DNA from: Corallochytrium limacisporum Hawaii
Taxonomy: Eukaryota; Protista; Pluriformea
Assembly: GCA_002811645.1 (NCBI GenBank)
Contig: PDIP01000029.1
Location: 32,885-96,884 of the forward strand
DNA: 64,000 nt
Reading direction: 5' to 3'
Below, piece by piece: positions 32,953-42,900 of this stretch. Below the pieces are notes generated by a model. The model searched no databases, was not told where the DNA came from, and was given only the letters and a program-made list of their open reading frames with translations. Position 1 is the first letter of the stretch. The number at the start of each line of letters is the position of its first letter. Position numbers and translations under genes: made by a program.

Positions 32953-35691
32953 TTAGAACGGGTTAGTCTCCGTCACTGTGTTTACAATGTCCTTGATCCG
33001 GCGCAGCAGCTGTACATTGATAGTCGTAATGTCGCGTTCCTGACGGTCTGTGTTCTCAGTCGGATTCGCAGCCTCGTCGAGACGGATAAGATTATAGCTC
33101 AAGGATGAGTTGTAGGACTGAATGGTCTTGCTCGAATTCGCATCCACGGGCTTCAGAAGGTCCACGGCCTCTCCACTAAGGCTAACCAAGGGATCGACGG
33201 CCATGAGGACGTTGTTGGTCAGACCGCGCAGGCTCTCCCTTTCGCCCTTCTTAACAGCTGCAGAGAGCTGACGTAGGCCCTGTACCACGTTGCCGAGCTC
33301 AACATCAATCTTGGTCTGGATTTCGAGGAAGCGCTCCTTCGTGGTGGTAAATTCATCGGTTGTGTTTTCCTCCGCTCCGGCTTTGTGAAGGCTTTCGGAG
33401 GACGAGAAGTTGCTACAGCTGCCCTTGCGGACTGCATCTGCAACATCCTGGGCAGACACACCTCGGCTACCGTCGTCCCTGGCATTGTCAGACGAATTGA
33501 CTGCTGATACACCGTTCTCATCAAATATCTCAACCTCTACGACATTGGTTCCCGAGGACTTCTCGTCTTTTCGGCTGCCGTGGCGGCTGACATTGGCCGA
33601 TGTATTCGCAACAGCGATGTCTTCTAAATTTTCACCAGGGGTCGTCAGGATATGAAGCTGCTCTTCCACTGCATCCTTCCGTACGAAGCTCTTGAGCTTA
33701 TCAGCCGCGGTGACCCGCATTCCTTCCTCTTCATCGACGCACTCTGGTTCATTTGCCCGGCGCTCAGCCTCACCTGCTTCCAGCTCAGTTTCTTGCATGT
33801 CACGAACTCTTTCATAGCGCTCCTCCAGCTCAAGTTCCGCCAGGGGATCCTTGGCCGAGGAAGCTCCTGAACGATGCATCACGATCTGCCTTTGCTGTTC
33901 CATTTGTCGGCACTGCATTTCATCAACCACAGTAATGGCTAGTGCCATGAATTGGGAGTCTGTGAGGCTGGCGAGGCCCGAATCGTATGGCGTGCCAGAT
34001 GTGGACGATACATCGGCGGAAACTTTGTCCAAGCTCATCGTTGAGAGTGGATCCGCACCAGAGTTCAGAACCTTGCGACCGTTTTCGAATGTGTACCGTC
34101 GACTTGTCTCCCGGAAGATGTCCTCACTCATTTTCCAGAATTCGTTTGCTGTCATATTTGCAAGGATATCTGAATCCTGCCCAGTCTCATAACGTTGAGC
34201 AGAACCGACATACCCACAGACTTGGCCATACTGGCGCGGCATCAGCACTTCGCGCAGCAAGGCGCTATTGCCCAATTCAGCATGGTACAGACTAGTCTTG
34301 TCCTCCGCATCTCGCAACATGCAGTCAGCGTGATGTTCCAAAAGGAGGGATGCGAGGGCAACCATGCCCTTCCCACAAGCCAAATGCAATGCAGTCTTGC
34401 CCTTGGTTTCACCTTCCTTTCCTTTGACACTCAAGTCCGCACTGTTTGCCAGGAAGCACAGCGCCTTGCCAATCTCACCACGCTCCACAGTCTTGATGAG
34501 GGCCCGTGATGCACGAATTACATCTAACCTGTTGTCTGCTTTGATGGGTTGTGCATTTTCAGGGAAACACGGCTTCACGAACAATTTGTCCACCCACTTT
34601 GCCTTGATGAAATTCCGGCGATCCTCTGGGCTTTCACTAGCCCTTGTCTTCAGCGATTGATCAAACTTCTCCAAATTGTGTTCATAGACTGTGTTTACCA
34701 TACCGTTACCCAATTCTACCAAAAGCTGCAGCTGTTCTTCGGTCCAAGGGTTGAAGAAAATGGGCCTGACCTGGTCAAAGAAGAGAAGATTGCGATGCGT
34801 TCCGTTCAAAAATTGACTGGTGCAGTAGTCGCTTAAGTGCCAGTGATCAATTGCACATTCTGTGCAGAGCAACGCGGAGTACGTCAAGCTCATGCACAGT
34901 GGCATCTGCGCGCCACAGTCAGCACACACGTGGTTGGCTGGAATCTGACGGAGAATGCTCAACAATCGGCAACCCAATTCAACTTGCTGCGGTCTCTGAC
35001 AAATCAGAAATTCACAGCCCGACCCGACTTCTTTTTGTTTCCGCAACGGGCACTCGTCCGCGAACAGGAGGGTTTCGTCCGTGTGAATGGCCTCCGGTCC
35101 TCTCAATTCGCCACCGTTTCTGTCCACCAGCATGTGCATTTCATAGTTGCGCGGGTGGTCCCGAATACGCAGACGATCAAGGGCCATGTCAATAATGTCT
35201 TCCACGGTCAGTTTGGAGTGGACAAAGAGTCGCAGCCGACCTGAGCTGTCCACATATCGCTTTCTGGAGGCTCCACCTTCCTGGTCACCCGCACTTGTGC
35301 CGTCGATCCAGCTAAAGTTCACAACAATTACTCCATTGGTTACGCTCATACGGTCCTTTTGTTTTTCAAATCTGCTGATAATGGAACCAACTTCACCTTT
35401 GCCCTCGGCGTCACTATCACCGGCAGTGGCCTGGGGCAGCTGTCCCGAGAATTTTTTCTGAATTTCTGTCTGCAAGGCACTGCTGATCAACAACTGTGTC
35501 CTACGGCAGGTACTTATCCGCTCTTTCATCGCCGCAGTGAGGCCGCGAATTTCATTGACATTTGCAATCATTTTCTTGGTTACCTCGGTAGATCGCTGCA
35601 CTTCCCGTTCCATCTGTTTGACCTCAGCGTCCGCCTCTGCGAAGGACATATCGGGCGCCCCCTTTGGGACAGGAACTGCTAGTGCTGTCAT
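32953..35691 (-). CDS. GIT: GIT-family ArfGAP: coiled coil, RA domain, ArfGAP zinc finger, ankyrin repeats, 2 Spa2-homology repeats, C-terminal FAT-like helical bundle
   Basis: CADC-x16-CTEC zinc finger; GNGMVNTVYE; RRNFIKAKW; GKTALHLAC; SHD-like LANMTANEFWKMSEDIFRETSRR and LASLTDSQFMALAITVVDEMQCRQ; RA-like TVEDIIDMALDRLRIRDHPRNY..DECPL. Confidence 0.85.
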   Translation of the reverse strand: MTALAVPVPKGAPDMSFAEADAEVKQMEREVQRSTEVTKKMIANVNEIRGLTAAMKERISTCRRTQLLISSALQTEIQKKFSGQLPQATAGDSDAEGKGEVGSIISRFEKQKDRMSVTNGVIVVNFSWIDGTSAGDQEGGASRKRYVDSSGRLRLFVHSKLTVEDIIDMALDRLRIRDHPRNYEMHMLVDRNGGELRGPEAIHTDETLLFADECPLRKQKEVGSGCEFLICQRPQQVELGCRLLSILRQIPANHVCADCGAQMPLCMSLTYSALLCTECAIDHWHLSDYCTSQFLNGTHRNLLFFDQVRPIFFNPWTEEQLQLLVELGNGMVNTVYEHNLEKFDQSLKTRASESPEDRRNFIKAKWVDKLFVKPCFPENAQPIKADNRLDVIRASRALIKTVERGEIGKALCFLANSADLSVKGKEGETKGKTALHLACGKGMVALASLLLEHHADCMLRDAEDKTSLYHAELGNSALLREVLMPRQYGQVCGYVGSAQRYETGQDSDILANMTANEFWKMSEDIFRETSRRYTFENGRKVLNSGADPLSTMSLDKVSADVSSTSGTPYDSGLASLTDSQFMALAITVVDEMQCRQMEQQRQIVMHRSGASSAKDPLAELELEERYERVRDMQETELEAGEAERRANEPECVDEEEGMRVTAADKLKSFVRKDAVEEQLHILTTPGENLEDIAVANTSANVSRHGSRKDEKSSGTNVVEVEIFDENGVSAVNSSDNARDDGSRGVSAQDVADAVRKGSCSNFSSSESLHKAGAEENTTDEFTTTKERFLEIQTKIDVELGNVVQGLRQLSAAVKKGERESLRGLTNNVLMAVDPLVSLSGEAVDLLKPVDANSSKTIQSYNSSLSYNLIRLDEAANPTENTDRQERDITTINVQLLRRIKDIVNTVTETNPF

Positions 35692-37660
35692 TATTTTTCG
35701 TTGTCTGAGATGATCAGAATTTTGGGAGGACTCAATGCATTGTTATCTTCCTTTATCACATTTGTTTATATCGCCTCGTGCACCCTGTATTGTCCTTGGA
35801 TGTAAACCGGTCCTGACGACCGCGAATGGTCCTACTGTTAGTCTTCGGTGGTCATTTTCATACGTTTTTTGGTCGTGATTCTTGAGGAAACGCGAAGCTA
35901 ACTCAGTAAACATCGTATACTTACGCCATACTAGCGTCAAAGGGCCTCCTGTTCTCATCCTTGTTCTACAACTCCACGCACAAAGGCACCACAGAGACTC
36001 GCCTGGCCCAAAACCGACGCTCCTTTCCCTCCCGTGCCTACGTCCCGGGCGAGGTGCCCGCCGTTAGAGACCGTTGGGCCGGAGAGAGGCACATCGGCAC
36101 TCCCGGGCACCACAGCATCCCGGGGTGCCCTCCCTATCCAGGCTCTGATTGGCTGAAATCCGGGGACAGAGAGCGATCATTCGACGGGTTTCGGTAGTGA
36201 ATGTACCAGTCCAGTCGACTTTGTTCTGTCCCGGTTTTCCCCCGCAACGGCCAGGGTCGGCGGGAATTAAATTCATAAAACAAGGTTCTCAGCTATTTTT
36301 CAGACATTGGGGACTTCTCTGGCCTCCCGCTTGGAATGCAGTTAACCGCCATTCAATACCGATGGATGTGTGGCACCTGGAAAGTTGTTAATCACCAAGA
36401 ATGATCATCAGTGAGCGCAGTGGCATGCTGGATGCCGATACATAGACGGCCACTTCATGAAGCTTTGCTGTGGCGAGCTACGGAGCAAGTCACAGTTGAG
36501 AGCAACCAAAGCACTGTACAGGGCCACCGCTGCCGGGGCTGACACTGATGATGGGCACCGATTGCGAACAATTCATTCCCAAAGGAGGGGTGTGCCAAGA
36601 CGAAACACAGATTAAACAAAGCAAAGTGAATGACAAGAAACCTAGCGGGCAAACTGTAACCGTTCCTCAGGTCACTCATGCGTCATCCTCGCTTCCAACG
36701 TAATTGCTTTCGTATACATTTAGCGGGGACGAGGCTACCAAAGCAATTGGCTTAGGTTGAACAAAGTGCGAATACACAAACCAAACAATAAAAAAAGCGG
36801 GAAGGGGCAAGGCTTCCCCCAGGAGAGAAGGGGGAGGGGATCCAAAGGGTCAAAGAGAAAACAAGGAAAAGGGGGCCTGAAACGAAACAAAGACCAAAAC
36901 ACCCATCTCTCGCCATCTCCCCACTCTCTCTCAACCCCCCCCCCTCTGGGCCCCTCCGCGGTGGTGGAGAGGGGAGGGGGGTTTGGTTCCAAACAAAAAA
37001 AAAAAAGAGTAAAAAACTTGGGTGGATGTGTGGACAAAAAAAGCTCGTTTTGACGACCCGGGGCACCAAAAATAGGGAAGAGGGCTCCCAAAAAAAGGAA
37101 AAATATCATCATGTATCAGCGCATACACCGGTGCGTAAGCAAAGCCAGCCCTGTCAGCGCCAGATGGGCAAAAGGAAGGGGGGGGGGGGAAGTGGCAAAG
37201 GCAACGGAAGGGGATGCTTAGATGACAATACGAAAACCATTAACAAAGTCACTCGCACGACGAGGGAACTGCGGGTCTACGAGTTGAGGGGATTTATGTC
37301 AAACTGCCGCGCTTAGTCCTTGCAGCTTCTTTGCGTTTGTATCCGTCCTTCGCCACTGGTTCGAAAGGAACAGCAAGTGAGTTGCCATTTGTTGATACGG
37401 ATCCCAGGCATAGACAAAGATGGAAAAAGGGGCGACATTACGAAAGCTGACTGGCTGTGGAAGTGTAGGGTATTTTGATTCGCAATATTGGGATGCAGAC
37501 GGATCAGAATGTTCTCCCAGTACAACTCGCTAGATATTGCATGTACACAGGGAGAACCCACTGGAGTGTCCCATGTAGCTAAGTTAAGGACCCAACATGC
37601 CATAAAGGGTAACATAATAGCGAATCAAAGCATTGTACGAGGGCTTTACTATTGATAACG

Positions 37661-39271
37661 ATGGACGCAACTATCGGCGGAGAGGAGGTTAAGCTGCCTG
37701 AGGACATCAGCTTGTTTTCCAAACTTGTCGTGTTCTGTATCATTTCATTGGTCACTTGGCTTATTCTGCCCGCACCAACTATGACCAAGAGCCAGGACTC
37801 AGCCCTGCGGCGGGAAACCCGTGAGAAAATGTGTGAGGTATACGACTTTGAATCGGACGAAGAGTTCCAGTCGCTCAATGGCCAGCGTATTGAGCGAGTA
37901 GTTCACCAAAAGACCCTCAGCATTGTCCATACCAAAGCGGATACGGCATATCCTACTATCTTTATGATTCATGGTATCGGTGGTGGTGCTGAGCAATGGA
38001 TCGACCAGTTTTTGTTCTACAAGGACCGCGCCAGCATTGTCATTCCAGAGTTTGTCGGACACGGGCAGAGTCAACGCATTGACCACGCTGATCACTACCG
38101 CACAGATTCTATTGTGGCAGACATGGTTGAAATATTCAAGATGTTCAGAAGTACCTCCAATATTGTATTTGCACACTCTTACGGCACATCCATCGTTGCA
38201 AAAATGGCTAAGGAAGTCGGTGCGGACTTTAAGTGCGTTGTATTGTTCGGGCCGAGCTTTGGTGAGCCAGGGGAGGAGCCTAAGGTTCCATTGCCTATCA
38301 AGTTTCCGGATCGCGTTTTTGACCTCTTCAGATACCTTGATAAGATCGGAGGCACCGAGAGCTCAAGTGTCAAACGATTCGTCCATCCAAAGGCTAAGGA
38401 CCGGGTTAAGCGGCTGCAGCTGGCGTGGAACATGTGGAATCCTACATATATTGTGAAACATGTTATCAAGGGCGCATCATTCGCAACGCCATCGGATTAT
38501 GAAAACTTGGAGTGCCCTGTCATGATCATTGTTGGCGCCGACGACAAATTAACTCCGCCAGCAAAGGCACGTCGAATTCAGGAGACTCTGGGTCCTGATG
38601 ATTGCAAACTCAATGTCCTGGCAGACACTAGGCATCAGCCAATGTTGGAGCGGAAAAATTATGTGAATGCACTGCTGGATGAGTTCTTGGTGGATAGCTG
38701 TGGCATTGAGAGTTTAAGCCGTCTCCATATTTTGCGTAGGGGAAACAGTGTCTTCGACAAATGGGGAGTGAAGAACTATGAAAAGTGGAAAGCGACCCAG
38801 TCTGTAGGAGCCAAAGTCGGCAAAAGTGTGCTCCGCGGCATCAAGGTCATGCGTGAGGACGATGAGGACCATAGCCCTGAGAAAATGCACGAGGCTTTCC
38901 CTGACATTGGCTGCATCATCGACCTCAGCTCACAAACTCCGCCGTATGACACAGAGAAGTGCCCAATTTTGTACAAAAAGATGGCCACAGTCAGCAAGGT
39001 GGTCCCATCGGAGGAGAACGTCAAAACTTTCGTCGAGCTCGTCAATAAGACCATGGAAGAGGACCTCAAGGATGGTGAAAGCATAGCCGTGCATTGCCAT
39101 TACGGGTTCAACCGCACGGGTTTCATGATAGCCAGCTACCTCATCGAGGCTTTGGACTACTCCGTCTCGGATGCCATCAAGGCCTACAAGGAGGCTAGGC
39201 CACCGGGTATCAAACACCAGCACTTCATGGACCGCCTATATCTGCGCTACCCAGACCAGCATGGTGAATGA
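37661..39271 (+). CDS. Fusion of a membrane-anchored alpha/beta hydrolase and a cysteine-based (DSP/DUSP11-like) phosphatase
   Basis: N-terminal TM segment LVVFCIISLVTWLIL; IHGIGG, GHGQS, AHSYG nucleophile, GADD Asp, RHQPMLE His; C-terminal HCHYGFNRTG CX5R loop and ARPPGIKH. Confidence 0.9.
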   Translation: MDATIGGEEVKLPEDISLFSKLVVFCIISLVTWLILPAPTMTKSQDSALRRETREKMCEVYDFESDEEFQSLNGQRIERVVHQKTLSIVHTKADTAYPTIFMIHGIGGGAEQWIDQFLFYKDRASIVIPEFVGHGQSQRIDHADHYRTDSIVADMVEIFKMFRSTSNIVFAHSYGTSIVAKMAKEVGADFKCVVLFGPSFGEPGEEPKVPLPIKFPDRVFDLFRYLDKIGGTESSSVKRFVHPKAKDRVKRLQLAWNMWNPTYIVKHVIKGASFATPSDYENLECPVMIIVGADDKLTPPAKARRIQETLGPDDCKLNVLADTRHQPMLERKNYVNALLDEFLVDSCGIESLSRLHILRRGNSVFDKWGVKNYEKWKATQSVGAKVGKSVLRGIKVMREDDEDHSPEKMHEAFPDIGCIIDLSSQTPPYDTEKCPILYKKMATVSKVVPSEENVKTFVELVNKTMEEDLKDGESIAVHCHYGFNRTGFMIASYLIEALDYSVSDAIKAYKEARPPGIKHQHFMDRLYLRYPDQHGE

Positions 39272-39907
39272 ACTCTGAGCCATCTCTGTACCATAGACTT
39301 GACAAATCGCCCGCGCAAACTGTACCACATTGCAAATTACACTGTTGCCAGAACCTGTATTTCAGCCAGCCAGCATATTGTTTTTGGAGGCTACAAAGCT
39401 GGCCGCGAATGGGCAACACCCGCCGACTGCCCTCCCTCCCGGAGACTCGGACGTATCAATCAATATATTATGTTTATTATGTGGACGGTATTTATTGATT
39501 ACTTTCTGTACTGGCCAGGCAGACTCCCTGGGCGGGAGACCGGGAGTTCGTCGGGTTTGACCGCCCGGTCAGCCAGCCAACTGCATCCGGGACTGAGCGA
39601 GTATAGGGGGTGGAGCTCGGCACGGCGCAGTTGTCGCTTGGGTGGCGAGGAAGACAGGGTTCAGGTGGAGACTCAAACCGTGATTTTGGATATAACGCCG
39701 TCATCACTAAATGGGTGATGTACCTCTGGGTAAGCTACATCATGTACCTGTTTCCACATCTTTCTCATGATGTCATGTATCTCACTATACTATGGCCCTG
39801 GTGAGAGATGAAGTGACCCGCCCATCCAGCGGCCAATATGGGGATGGGTTTTATAGAAGTCACGTAGACTAGACGAGGTCTGAAGGGACATCAGAGTAAC
39901 AGAAAAT

Positions 39908-42900
39908 ATGTCCAAATCGCGGTGGAAGCTTGAACTCCAGCGGATTGCGCTTAGAGAGTCTGGAACAGTTGGTCAAAAGGCTCTGCGAGCGGTTGAAAGC
40001 CGAGATGCAGATGCACTTGTGTCAATCTTTCGGAGCCTTACCTCTGCACAGTCGCCTTGGGTGTACATTCTAGTCGTTTGTTCCCTTGAGAAGGATATGC
40101 GACATCCACGCACTTGGCGGCGAGTTACACTTCAGGAGATACAAATGGCTCAGATCTACTATGTAGTGGTATGGTACGGAGCAACACTTGCTGTGCAGAG
40201 TATGGAATGGAGTCGGAGTACGTTCGGGAGTCGTCGTGGTCGCAAGAATACTGGGCGAACGTCCGAAATGAAGGAATTTGAGCGCTATGGCTTCAGCTGC
40301 TTATACCATCGAATAGATTACCTGCAGGGGCTGAGAAAGATTATTCGCATCGCAAAGGAAATTTGCATCCACGCTGCGGAAGAGTCCACCGAGCAGAATG
40401 TGGATTCCGTAGCGCCGGAAGAAAGATTGAATGACACAGAGGACATATCCCGAGTGAGTGGGCACAGCGGGGTAAGTGAATTCCAGACCAAGTCCGGTGA
40501 AGATGACACTTCATCGTTGGCTTCGGCTTCAGTGAGTGCCGCAACTTCGTTGGCGTCAAGAATATTTCCACATGTTACCGCCCTGCGAGGCCGATGGATG
40601 TTCTACAGAAATGCTGACTTGGCCACAGCGACTGAGATTCATGTGTATGAGGCTGTCATCTTTTGTTCGTACAGACTAATCGACGAATTCTTACATAGGA
40701 ATACGGATCTGACTATTCGGCCCATTTTAGTCGTGGAGGAAGCTTTCTTCAAGACAACAACCATGCTGACGCGGATGATGGCTCTCATTGCCTGTCTTTC
40801 TGAGCATATTGACGTGGGAATAGAATTGTTGGACTTTATGGGCATGGATGTTGGAAGTGAATTGCGGGACATGGCCATCCACACGTTGTCCTACAACTCG
40901 CGTCAGAGACTATTGCAAATCTTAGTGCGCCGTAGCGATCTTGGAATGGTTGACATTACGGCCTTACAGGAGGGCAAAAAAGCAAGGGAATACCTAGAAA
41001 CGCACTCGATCAGAAGTGATCTCGTTACTTTCCGGCACGCAGATGACTATGGCGCATTTGCGTGGGTTCTTCAAGGCAACATTGTGATCACAAATGCAGA
41101 TCTAACCAGGAATCAGAGCCCCGCTGACTTCTCTGCGCTAGCGTCACAGCCTCTCCTGTACGCTCTGTGGCGTCGATTTCTGAACGCCGCGACAACCCAC
41201 ACGCAGCCTCGCCTTGACACGACCACAGATATACTACGTAGACGCCTTACCCGTGGGGGACAAAGACAGGGTAGTGGGCGTCCGGATTGGCATTTCGTGA
41301 CCACCTTTGACTGGGAACTGCGGTGGAACCTGACTGACTGGGCCTTAGTGAGTGCAGAGCTGACCGCTATGGCAGATGTAGACAATGAAAATGCCAGTGA
41401 AGGATGGGAAGGCAATCGTCGGGACGTCAATGCTATCCTATACGCTCTGCATGGACACAGTGCCAATCTCAGGCGTTGGATCAACCGATACCATACTTCT
41501 CGATGGCGTGATACCTTGGTCGTCCTACAGCTGGCTCGTGGCGATATCTTCATGCTCTCGACTCAAGAGACTCTTTCCAACATCTTCAGCGACCTCGGGT
41601 ATATTATTATTCCAGACAGAATCGTTGGAAAATCTGCCAAAATTGCACAATGGTATTTCCATTGGTTCGGAAAGAAGGCATTCTCGACCTTGCTTGACAA
41701 TGCATCTCCAGAATTGCCGGCACGGGATTCAAATGTTAAACGAATTGATGATCTGAGTTCTGATCTTCTGGCATACTTGGCACGACATGACCTGTGGAGA
41801 CCTGCACAGATCCTCTGTTTCCATTTGCATGTGGATCACCCTTCATCAGGTGATAGCATGGTCCAGAACACACTCAGCTCTTTCAGCAATGCCTGGTTGG
41901 ACTCTGTCTTCAACGCCTATCGCCTGGCATATCAAATTGGCAACCCCGTTGTGGAATTCCGGGCTGCAATCGTAAACGGCCTACGCTTGCGGAGCTCTGG
42001 GAAGAAAGAACTTACCCGAAAAGATCTCGTAAGATTGTGTCAGGACCTGCAGGAGCCGTTTACACACATCATGTTGCTATACTGCGACAGTGTTCTTGGT
42101 ACCGTCAGCGAAGAAGAAGCTGAGGGGCTCCTGGTCCTTGTCGATTTGGCTGAATATCCGTTGGCGAATGGTTTATTGTACAAGACACCGCAGTCTACAG
42201 CAACAGTAACAGATCTCCTGGACCGAGCGGGCTACTCTGCCATTACAGCATCCTTCAAGCAATTGATGAAGAGCGTTAACAAGAACTCAACCACACCATA
42301 CGCTTCCTTCTCACGACAAGTCCGCGAGGAAAATTTGGATGCCGTTTCATGGAATGCTGTCGGTCTTGATTTTCTGTACTTCATACACAATGGACAACCA
42401 ACAGTTGCAGCCTTGCAGTATTTGGACAAGGCCCTTCAGGATCAGATTAGCACCAACAAGGCTCATCAGGGTGTGTTACGTAGCCTACTATCCCAAATTT
42501 GCACAGAGAGTGAACTCAACCTCAGAAAAGTGACGGCTTCTGCCATCATTGCGGGCTACATCGGATGTTTCTTGAACCAGAATGCTCATTTGTGCATGCA
42601 ACTTGCCTACTGCTTACGACTAGCGGCTTACTTTGAAGGTCCAGAGCTTCTGGACTATATCTGGACCATTTTGAATGCTTTGGAGAACCCAAATCGTCAT
42701 GACCAGGCTTTTTTGACTGCTCTAATGAATCCTTTGGAGAAAGCATTCTTCCAACAAGTTCATTCACCGTTCATGTCGCGCAGTGTTGTCATCACGTTTG
42801 CAAATATTGTGACATACCTGCAAGAACGCTTTCGATTGACTAAAAACCCAGTGCTACTGACTGCCATGGCGAACAAAGGAGATGTCCCAGGATTTCTTTT

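Noticed and set aside
39511-39576. Imperfect GC-rich hairpin (CTGGGCGG/CCGCCCGG core) as a candidate ncRNA
   Set aside because: Short stems with several GU pairs in GC-rich promoter DNA; no family motif or Pol III terminator
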